Shown here one piece after another: positions 7,621-14,466 of a stretch of 22,778 nucleotides of DNA (position 1 is its first letter; each line of letters begins with the position of its first letter). The position numbers and the translations under genes were made by a program. Under the pieces are notes generated by a model, which saw only the letters and a list, made by a program, of their open reading frames with translations, was not told the origin of the DNA and made no database searches. The DNA comes from a virus (Duplodnaviria > Heunggongvirae > Uroviricota > Caudoviricetes), in the IMG/VR virus record IMGVR_UViG_3300032665_000003; one strand, written 5' to 3'.

Positions 7621-8889
7621 TTACGCTGCGCCGATAGTCACGATTGGGTAAGGTTGAGCATTTGCTGTATTTGCGTCTGCTGCCGCTGCACTATTGAACG
7701 TTGCATATGCAGGGTTTGCATTTTCTAGAACGATGTTGCCGGTAGCAGTAGTTCCTGAAGTGGAACTGAATAGTTCCGCAGTGTGATCGCTCAAGCTTTG
7801 AACATTAACAGTTGAACTATTTGCATAAGTTGCAGTAATAGTCATTGTGTTTGGTGTTAGAGCAGTATTAGCAAGATTAGCAGTATATGCTGCACCCACG
7901 ATACCAGTTGTAGTGCCCTTTACCAAATACTTTTGCTTGCCCTTTTGACGCACAATGTATCCTGCTTCTGGAAGAACCTGAACGAATGGGTCTCCGTAAC
8001 CAGTTGGACCACTTGAGTTATTAGCTGAAACGGCACTCAACACAACACGATTTTGAACTGCATTTCCAGTTACGCTAACGTTTGAAGTTAGTGCCTGCAC
8101 CGCGCCGCCTGGTGTAGTAGAAACAGTGAATGCTGCTGCGTTAGCGATAGTTTTGACAAAGTAAGTTGTACCTGCAGTTAGGTTACCGAAGGATGCGTCA
8201 AATACCACCGGAGTATTTACAGTAAGTGTTTGAGCATTACCTGAAGTACCTATAACGTTACCTGTTGCAGTAGTGTTAGCAACAGCTACCGTTAGATTGC
8301 CGTTAGTTGAGGTCGTAGTTCCTAAAAGTTGTTGTGATCCATCAGCCCAAATTGCGTAAAGAATAGTACCAGTTGCAACGTTTGCAAAATCAGTACCTAA
8401 TCCTACAACCACATTGCTTGACGTGGAAGCAAACTCAGTACCAGTGCCGTTTACACCAAATCCTACATTACATAGAACTTGATTACCGTAAAGAGCAGTA
8501 TTTCCACCTACTACTGAGTAAGTGTTTGCATTAGTTGCAGGCCATTGTGATCCGGTTGGATTGTTGAAATACATGTCAACTGGAGCAACAGTAGTCGAAA
8601 CAGAACCCGAAGCAGTGCTTAGTGGAACTTGTGCATTAGTTGGATTAGCATTAAGCGGTGTTGCAGAAACAGTGAAGGTGCTATTGTTTCCTGCATTCAA
8701 TATGCTAAGAATCCAATATAGCTTTCCGGCAGTAAGTCCACCGATGCTAGATGCAGTTACGAACGGCATACCTGCAATAATACCTAGCGTGGTGAAATTT
8801 GCTGAAGTTGTTACGACGTTGGTCGTAGTAGTTGTGTTTGTGATAGTTACGACTGCTTGTGCCTTCGCAATCTTTAGAGGACGTCCCAT
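7621..8889 (-). CDS. Putative virion structural protein (422 aa, Thr/Ala/Gly/Asn-rich, two related beta-rich repeats)
   Basis: Repeats GGLTAGKLYWILSI...FTVSATP and GNLTAGTTYFVKTI...FTVSTTP. Strong AAGGAG SD and a late promoter. Confidence 0.7.
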   Translation of the reverse strand: MGRPLKIAKAQAVVTITNTTTTTNVVTTSANFTTLGIIAGMPFVTASSIGGLTAGKLYWILSILNAGNNSTFTVSATPLNANPTNAQVPLSTASGSVSTTVAPVDMYFNNPTGSQWPATNANTYSVVGGNTALYGNQVLCNVGFGVNGTGTEFASTSSNVVVGLGTDFANVATGTILYAIWADGSQQLLGTTTSTNGNLTVAVANTTATGNVIGTSGNAQTLTVNTPVVFDASFGNLTAGTTYFVKTIANAAAFTVSTTPGGAVQALTSNVSVTGNAVQNRVVLSAVSANNSSGPTGYGDPFVQVLPEAGYIVRQKGKQKYLVKGTTTGIVGAAYTANLANTALTPNTMTITATYANSSTVNVQSLSDHTAELFSSTSGTTATGNIVLENANPAYATFNSAAAADANTANAQPYPIVTIGAA

Positions 8890-8976
8890 TTGTTTTCTCC
8901 TTTATGTGTGGGTTCTAGCCACTACGCGGTGGGTAACCGCGTAAACTCTCAACAGAGTGTTCTTTCTATATTTATC
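8890..8976 (-). promoter_or_regulatory. Late promoter GATAAATA (8969-8976) followed by a ~74-nt structured 5' leader with three adjacent hairpins
   Basis: Stems actct/agagt (8945-8958), tacgcggt/accgcgta (8923-8943) and gtgg/ccac (8908-8922), followed by the SD. Confidence 0.65.
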
Positions 8977-8984
8977 ATAAGGTT

Positions 8985-9015
8985 AAAAAAATAGGAGATG
9001 TTATAGTCTACCTAC
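8985..9015 (-). terminator. Possible intrinsic terminator overlapping the tail fibre stop codon
   Basis: Minus strand gtagg-t-aga-(8-nt loop)-tct-cctat followed by a U-tract. Confidence 0.4.
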
Positions 9016-11100
9016 TGCTACTTCGATCACACCGAAGAGACCGTCGAAGTCTTCTAGAGACTTACCTATAACTGTGCCCATAGACGGAGAAGATGACGCC
9101 ATTGCGCGTCCATATCCCGCACTTACTAGCATGTCACCTTTTCTAATAGAACCCGTAACTTTACATGGCACACGTCCTTGTAGTGCAATTGGAACCGCAG
9201 GTGCTGCACATATTTCATGCATGGCAAATGCAGGATTAGTAGAAACTACTCCCGCGACCCTACTTGTTTCGGGGGAGGCTACAGTTACTTCTGCTGTTCC
9301 CCCAAACTGTAATACGGTGCCGGGTTCATATGTGCTAATATCAGCGGTATAGTATTCTGCTAAGTCAGCGTAAGTTGATTGTAGTTTTGATCCGCTAGAC
9401 AGGGACCAATTACCTGTGATTGTTCCGGCAGTTGTGTTTGCTCCAGTAGTAAGCGCGGTTGCTCCTACCGTTCCGGTATACGTAGGCAAATATGAGGCGA
9501 CGTTTGAGTTGCTATATGCGCCATCAAAACTAATTGCTACGCCATTGGCATAATAATAATTATCAGTCTTAATTCCGCCCGTTGTTACGTTTGCAGTAAC
9601 GGAGACTGCGGACAGCGTACCAACTGATGTGATGTTTGGTTGTGCATTAGTTGTCACTGTACCTGCTGTAGTTGCAGATGTAGCAGAACCACTAAGTGTT
9701 CCTACAAAACCAGTAGCAGTGATGTATCCATTAGCTAGGTTAGCGAAGAAGTTGGCATTTGATGCGTGTGTATAATTGCCATTCGCAGTAGACGAGATGA
9801 ATGGAATATAATAAGTACCAGTTGATGCTGAATTATTAAGGACTGCGGCTGCATTCGTAGCACTAGTTGCAGAAGAAACTGTACCAGAAACATTGCCGCC
9901 TGCCACTGCGTTTGCTGTCGTAGCATATGTGGCTAGACCTACCGCGCCTGAAACATTGGCGCCTGCCACTGCGTTTGCTGTAGTTGCGTATGCGACTGCA
10001 CCCGATACGTTTGCACCTTGAATGTTAGATAGGTTGTTGCCGGCACCATAATGGTTTCCAATTATATTTGCACCACTTATGTTTCCAGTAACTGTTAATG
10101 ATGTTAGTGTACCAACTGATGTGATATTTGGTTGTGCGTTAGTTGTTACCGTACCTGCGGTACCTGCGGTTGCAGAATTTAAGTTTGCTACTTGAGTAGT
10201 CGATGTAACTGTAAATGGTGCAGTTCCGGTAGTTACATTTGACACAAATCTAGTAGATGTAACAATACCGTTGGAGTTGAGATTACCTACGTTTGCGTCA
10301 CCATTAAGAGATAAAACCTTACCTGTGTAATCATAAACTAAGTTTGCATCTCCAGTTATCACGCTGCTGGCATTATATTGAATTGAAGTGTTTGAACCGC
10401 CAGCTGCTGCGGTTCCGCTACCCGAAGAAATAATAGCAGTTGCAATAGCGTTGGGAGAATTGGTGTAAGTTAATCCAGTTCCATTAACTCCAGTAGTTAA
10501 ACCTGCATCAGTATACAAGGATACGTTACCAGACGAAGGGAAATCACTCGCAAGCTTAACATAAAATGTGTTACCATTAACATTGGCATTAGCAACACCG
10601 TTAACACCACTAATAGTAACCTGCAAGTCATTTGTGTATGGAGTAGTATTTGCTACTGTCATGACAACAGGAGTATCATTGCTTAGAGCCACGATGTTGG
10701 TATAAAGTGAACCTTTTGGTGTCCAAGAAAGATTACCTAAACCATCAGTGCTTAACACATAACCAATAGCTCCGCCGGTAATTTTTACATTTGATATACT
10801 ACCAAAATTTAAAGTGCCACCAGAAGACCCACCTGTGTTTACCCAACTACTTCCATTGTACGCTAGTACCTGTCCAGCAGTTGGAGAAGTAATTAAAAGG
10901 TTCCCAACCACGCCATCAATTTGACTGAAGGCTATTTTCGAATAGCCAGTAAGAACTTCAATGTTTTCGTTAGGAGTAGTTTTACCTACAAACAAACGTT
11001 TATTATCTGTGGCCCAACCAAATTCACCTTCATCTAGTTGCGGTAGATCAACTAGGTTACCTGTACGAACTTGAAGTTTTGAAATTTGTAAAATCGACAT
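9001..11100 (-). CDS. Tail fibre/spike-like virion protein with Mtd-N-like N-terminus and C-terminal intramolecular-chaperone (Peptidase G2/S74-like) domain
   Basis: Start ATG 11100 (MSILQISKLQVRTG...LPQLDEGEFGWATD). C-terminal ADLAEYY...RVAGVVSTNPA...ALQGRVPCKV...KGDMLVS...IGKSLE. Internal TAGTVTTNAQPNITSVGTL repeats. Confidence 0.78.
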   Translation of the reverse strand: MSILQISKLQVRTGNLVDLPQLDEGEFGWATDNKRLFVGKTTPNENIEVLTGYSKIAFSQIDGVVGNLLITSPTAGQVLAYNGSSWVNTGGSSGGTLNFGSISNVKITGGAIGYVLSTDGLGNLSWTPKGSLYTNIVALSNDTPVVMTVANTTPYTNDLQVTISGVNGVANANVNGNTFYVKLASDFPSSGNVSLYTDAGLTTGVNGTGLTYTNSPNAIATAIISSGSGTAAAGGSNTSIQYNASSVITGDANLVYDYTGKVLSLNGDANVGNLNSNGIVTSTRFVSNVTTGTAPFTVTSTTQVANLNSATAGTAGTVTTNAQPNITSVGTLTSLTVTGNISGANIIGNHYGAGNNLSNIQGANVSGAVAYATTANAVAGANVSGAVGLATYATTANAVAGGNVSGTVSSATSATNAAAVLNNSASTGTYYIPFISSTANGNYTHASNANFFANLANGYITATGFVGTLSGSATSATTAGTVTTNAQPNITSVGTLSAVSVTANVTTGGIKTDNYYYANGVAISFDGAYSNSNVASYLPTYTGTVGATALTTGANTTAGTITGNWSLSSGSKLQSTYADLAEYYTADISTYEPGTVLQFGGTAEVTVASPETSRVAGVVSTNPAFAMHEICAAPAVPIALQGRVPCKVTGSIRKGDMLVSAGYGRAMASSSPSMGTVIGKSLEDFDGLFGVIEVAVGRL
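9617..10158. repeat. Dispersed coding repeats in the tail fibre: 50-bp pair (9617-9666, 10109-10158) and ~30-bp pair (from 9898 and 9961)
   Basis: The 50-bp copies differ only at synonymous third positions. They encode AGTVTTNAQPNITSVGT; the shorter pair encodes YATTANAVAG. Confidence 0.8.
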
Positions 11101-11140
11101 AAGAGTATTTTCACCCAACTGGTATATACTCTTATTTAGT
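11101..11140 (-). promoter_or_regulatory. Late promoter ACTAAATA (11133-11140) overlapping a hairpin that ends at the tail fibre ATG
   Basis: aagagtat (11101-11108) and atactctt (11126-11133) are perfect complements. Inner acc/ggt pair overlaps a GGGTG SD-like sequence. Confidence 0.7.
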
Positions 11141-11160
11141 CTTTACATATTAGAATTCCG

Positions 11161-11847
11161 CTAAAGGAATTTAGTGTAGTACTGTTCTACTCGTTTCCAC
11201 CACAAGTCAGCATAACGATCAAACTCATTTCCTTCAATTATGAATTCTTGATAGATCACGTCAGCAGAACACATAAAAATAACACCCTTTCGAATTTTGG
11301 TTCCCCAAACTTCGTTATGAGCATTAGCATATGCAGTGGTTTGCACGAAATAGTCGTCAATCCATTCGCGCTTTTTAGGTTTATTTGTTTGTTTGTGGTC
11401 CATAACCGCTTCATCACCTGCATGAACTCCGACCAAATCTGTCGTGCCTGCATAGATTTCAGGAAAATACAAACCTACTTCGGTTCCCCAATATTCAGTG
11501 CAATTGACTAGTCCCTGAGAAATAATGCTCTGTGCCATAGCATGACTTTGTGTGCTGTATGGATTAGTACCTGGATCACCAGTAGCATCTAACTTAATGT
11601 AGTTTTCGATCCACTTGTGCATACGAGTACCTCTACCCGCTGCCTCAGTGGTGATTTCCTGAGCTTTGGCATGACCTACACGATTTCGCCAATTTTGAAG
11701 TGCTTTTTTCGAATCTTCTGATTTTGTAGCATCGAGTATAGTCGTTACAGAAGGTAGTTTGTTACCATCAGGAGTTACGTATCTTCTTGATCCGTCAACA
11801 TTTACTCTTTGTAGGTCTGTATAAGGGAATTTATTAGTTATAGCCAT
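11161..11847 (-). CDS. PD-(D/E)XK exonuclease (Cas4/MGME1-like phage exonuclease)
   Basis: LPSVTTIL, RGTRMH, E...YAGTTDL...MDHKQ...WIDDYFVQTTAYA motifs. Confidence 0.88.
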   Translation of the reverse strand: MAITNKFPYTDLQRVNVDGSRRYVTPDGNKLPSVTTILDATKSEDSKKALQNWRNRVGHAKAQEITTEAAGRGTRMHKWIENYIKLDATGDPGTNPYSTQSHAMAQSIISQGLVNCTEYWGTEVGLYFPEIYAGTTDLVGVHAGDEAVMDHKQTNKPKKREWIDDYFVQTTAYANAHNEVWGTKIRKGVIFMCSADVIYQEFIIEGNEFDRYADLWWKRVEQYYTKFL

Positions 11848-11853
11848 CTGTAC

Positions 11854-11881
11854 AGTATACAGTAATGTATAATCAAATCAA
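11854..11881 (-). promoter_or_regulatory. sigma70-type promoter TTGATT-N16-TATACT, 6 nt before ATG (leaderless)
   Basis: -10 at 11854-11859, -35 at 11876-11881, no SD before ATG 11847. Confidence 0.6.
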
Positions 11882-11894
11882 TGGTATTGGGCTA

Positions 11895-12251
11895 TCATTT
11901 ATTGGCTGACTTAAGATTAGATAGCGCAGAATTGGCCATTTTAGATACTATCTTTTTGTTTTCATCTTCTGGTGCTTTTGTCTCAGCAGAATCATCTTCT
12001 TGTCCTTTAAAGACTACTTTATCACCTTGAATGTTCTTAACAAGTGTTTTGAGCGGCGCGACCTTAATCATGTTGTATAAATCGTTAACATCTAGAATAA
12101 CGTCATATTGTTGAAAGTAATCCAGCAATTCATCAACGGTAAAATTGTCACTATCAACTTCGCCGTTTTCTACATCATCTTTCAATTGATTGGTTAGCGC
12201 AACAATTTTTGCGACTTGTGCGCTATCCTGATCGAATTCAAAAAGAAACAT
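11895..12251 (-). CDS. Hypothetical late protein (118 aa, MFLFEFDQDS...)
   Basis: ATG 12251 lies 4 nt after the upstream stop. The ORF-track start at 12308 overlaps the upstream gene. Confidence 0.75.
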   Translation of the reverse strand: MFLFEFDQDSAQVAKIVALTNQLKDDVENGEVDSDNFTVDELLDYFQQYDVILDVNDLYNMIKVAPLKTLVKNIQGDKVVFKGQEDDSAETKAPEDENKKIVSKMANSALSNLKSANK

Positions 12252-12255
12252 TAAA

Positions 12256-12963
12256 TTATCGCTTTGGGCGGCCTGCACCGCTGAATCTAGGTGGAAGTTC
12301 TTCCTCATCAGACTTTGGTTCAGAGAGATCCATATCTAAATCTTCTTCGTCACCAAGTTCGCCACCTAAGTCGGCTCCTAACTCTGCACCCATGTCAGCT
12401 CCAAGCTCAGGTTCGTTGGTTGCAAATGCATCTTCGCCGCCTTGACCAGTGAGTGTGCCTAGCGCACCTTGAAGCGCAGCCTTTGTTTCTTGTAGAGTGC
12501 TATTGAGAGTAGTAAGTGCTTCGGACACTTGCTGATTGAATTGTGTGCTTTCGTTGACACCAATTTCTGATTGAATCGAATCGACCAGTGCCGGAAGTTC
12601 CTTAACAAGCATATCATTGACATCTTCATAGTACTTTTGTACAGTGTCAACCATATCTTGTGCAGCAAGAATGACCTGTGACTTCTCTACTTCTTCATTT
12701 TCAAATACGATGCGAGGAGACTTAGCATAAGGTAAATGCTGAGTTAGAGCCTGCTCCATAAACTTCAACTTCAAATAAGTTGGATTGTTCTGTGCTTTAT
12801 GAAAATTAGGTGATCGTCTTGATTCGTTGATCAGACCAGTAACCTTCTTTAACATAGCACGGGTTTTTGCGCGGTCTAAGTTCGATACGTCAAAATTCAT
12901 AGAAAAGGATTCCTTAAGTGCTCTTTCAGCAACGTTATTCTTGTCTAAATCGTTAAGTTTCAT
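12256..12963 (-). CDS. Hypothetical late protein, helical with acidic low-complexity tail; prohead core/scaffold-like candidate
   Basis: 235 aa, own late promoter and CAGGA SD. Acidic ELGADMGAELGADLGGELGDEED tail followed by basic GRPKR. Confidence 0.7.
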   Translation of the reverse strand: MKLNDLDKNNVAERALKESFSMNFDVSNLDRAKTRAMLKKVTGLINESRRSPNFHKAQNNPTYLKLKFMEQALTQHLPYAKSPRIVFENEEVEKSQVILAAQDMVDTVQKYYEDVNDMLVKELPALVDSIQSEIGVNESTQFNQQVSEALTTLNSTLQETKAALQGALGTLTGQGGEDAFATNEPELGADMGAELGADLGGELGDEEDLDMDLSEPKSDEEELPPRFSGAGRPKR

Positions 12964-12988
12964 AAGTTAATCTTCCTGTTGATTGTAA

Positions 12989-12996
12989 TATTTATC
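12989..12996 (-). promoter_or_regulatory. Late promoter GATAAATA overlapping the upstream TGA stop
   Basis: tatttatc at 12989-12996 on the plus strand. Confidence 0.7.
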
Positions 12997-13483
12997 ATCG
13001 GTATGTAAATTTACGTTCTTTTGACTTGTCAAACTTACGAGCCTGAATCATCATAGAACTATTTATGAAAGAATTGACTTCATTGACTACTTGTTTTTTC
13101 TGAAAGGTGTCTTCCTGTAACTTCATTCTATACATTTGTTTAGTGTAAACATTGGTTGATGTTCTGCTCATATTTTTATGTAGAGTAATCTCTACTTGCA
13201 AGCTACTAAGTTTTGCATCTAGTTGTTGTAACCTTCTTGCTTGTTTTCCCAAATCAGCATGCTGCAATGTACACCAGGTAACAGCATTTCTTAGTGTAGT
13301 AAACTCATGGGCGTCTTTATTTTTTAATACAACTACTTTATACCAACCTGCAGGTGTGAGTTTAACTAAATATTTACCAAATAGACCATATTCTCCAAAT
13401 TGGTATTTAGTAACTAACACTTCACTGAGGTTAGAATTCAATTCTTCGTCAAAAAATTTAGCTAGTTTTACCACATTTTTCAT
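12995..13483 (-). CDS. Hypothetical late protein (162 aa)
   Basis: Closely coupled to the upstream gene (TAA-T-ATG). C-terminal coiled-coil-like segment. Confidence 0.75.
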   Translation of the reverse strand: MKNVVKLAKFFDEELNSNLSEVLVTKYQFGEYGLFGKYLVKLTPAGWYKVVVLKNKDAHEFTTLRNAVTWCTLQHADLGKQARRLQQLDAKLSSLQVEITLHKNMSRTSTNVYTKQMYRMKLQEDTFQKKQVVNEVNSFINSSMMIQARKFDKSKERKFTYR

Positions 13484-13484
13484 A

Positions 13485-13925
13485 TTACATTATCTCAAAA
13501 TAGATATTTTTTAACTCTACTGTAGTATTTAAAAAGGATGAAGTGGGAACATTCTGTTCTCCGCAAACTATCATCGGTACTCCGTCACAATCGCTGTACA
13601 ATGATCCCAACGGTACAATTCCATTTTCAAATACGCTAGTGTGTTGAATCTCAAACTCGAAACTCCAGCAGTAACTAAATTTATCTTGCATCTCATATGC
13701 AAACCCAAATTTTTCAAATTCAGATTCACTCATTTCTATTTTAGTAGGTAATTTAGTTACCTCAGGCTGCGATCTTAAAGATATAATCTGAAGTACTGTA
13801 TCGAAATTGCATTGTGTATTACGTTTACGTAGCCAACCGTCAATGTCATCCACATTCGGTCTAGAACGATTCATCACTCCAGTTTGGGTGATGTCAAATA
13901 ACGTATAGCACCGAATTCTATGCAT
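13485..13925 (-). CDS. Hypothetical late protein (146 aa)
   Basis: Leaderless late start. CYTLFDITQTG...RNTQCNFDTVLQIISLRSQP segment looks conserved to me. Confidence 0.78.
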   Translation of the reverse strand: MHRIRCYTLFDITQTGVMNRSRPNVDDIDGWLRKRNTQCNFDTVLQIISLRSQPEVTKLPTKIEMSESEFEKFGFAYEMQDKFSYCWSFEFEIQHTSVFENGIVPLGSLYSDCDGVPMIVCGEQNVPTSSFLNTTVELKNIYFEIM

Positions 13926-13930
13926 AGTGT

Positions 13931-13938
13931 TATTTAGA
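13931..13938 (-). promoter_or_regulatory. Late promoter TCTAAATA, 5 nt before ATG (leaderless)
   Basis: TCTAAATA-acact-ATG at 13925. Confidence 0.75.
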
Positions 13939-13943
13939 GCAAC

Positions 13944-13976
13944 AAAAAGCCCGGAAATAATATTATTTCCGGGCTT
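13944..13976 (-). terminator. Intrinsic terminator: 30-bp perfect palindrome plus U-tract
   Basis: aagcccggaaataat|attatttccgggctt (13947-13976), followed by ttt-gttg on the minus strand (five U counting the end of the arm). Lies just after the 127-aa gene. Confidence 0.88.
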
Positions 13977-14001
13977 CGTTAGTTAATAATAACTTTTTAT
14001 A

Positions 14002-14385
14002 TTAGAGGTCTGAACCAGCAACGAAAGTTGCGCCGGTTGCAGTAGTTGTACCAGTTACGCCAGCTGCGGTTAGAGCAGTGTCGATTGCAGAAGCAGTCCA
14101 AGCTGATGCTGGGTAAAGAGCAGCAGCGAAGGTGTCGTTTGAGCCACCAGTTGTGAACTGATAGATGTGTACTGTTGCAAGTTGCTCAAGAGTCTGAACA
14201 ATGGTTAGAACTTGGGCGCCAGTCAAGTGGCCAGTAGCAGTAGAAGTGAAGTAGTCAAGCTTTGGGCCCTGTGGTTGTACAGCTACGCCTGAAGTTACAG
14301 CGTTAAGAGCGCCAGTTGTATATGCTGGTGAGTCAATGTGTAGTACTGGTTGAAAATCACCATGTGTCTTTGTAAATTGTGCCAT
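14002..14385 (-). CDS. Small Ala/Thr-rich protein (127 aa); likely abundant virion component
   Basis: Own late promoter, TAAGGA SD and strong terminator. Codons favour TTC/GAC/TAC/GCT/ACT. Confidence 0.75.
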   Translation of the reverse strand: MAQFTKTHGDFQPVLHIDSPAYTTGALNAVTSGVAVQPQGPKLDYFTSTATGHLTGAQVLTIVQTLEQLATVHIYQFTTGGSNDTFAAALYPASAWTASAIDTALTAAGVTGTTTATGATFVAGSDL

Positions 14386-14398
14386 CTTGATGGATCCT

Positions 14399-14439
14399 TA
14401 TTAATATTTGGAACCTGCTGTTCCATATTAATATTTATG
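14399..14439 (-). promoter_or_regulatory. Late promoter CATAAATA (14432-14439) overlapping a 14-bp bulged hairpin that reaches the SD
   Basis: Minus strand tattaatatggaac-agcag-gttcc(aa)atattaata, then aggatccatcaagATG. Confidence 0.72.
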
Positions 14440-14466
14440 CCTGGCAACAAAAAAGTCGGTTTTGGG

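Noticed and set aside
8522-8944. 140-aa plus-strand ORF, and the other short antisense ORFs in the track (e.g. 192-536, 12209-12445, 16216-16545, 16585-16878)
   Set aside because: They lie opposite well-supported genes, mirror their low-complexity composition, and lack initiation signals.
8900-8960. tRNA-like appearance (GGTTCTAG and several stems)
   Set aside because: No acceptor stem or CCA, the T-loop register is non-canonical, and the motif is on the strand opposite the inferred transcript. Treated as a structured leader.
11161-11847. Cas4 as evidence of a CRISPR system
   Set aside because: Stand-alone PD-(D/E)XK exonuclease without the Cas4 Fe-S cysteine cluster. No cas1/cas2 or array.
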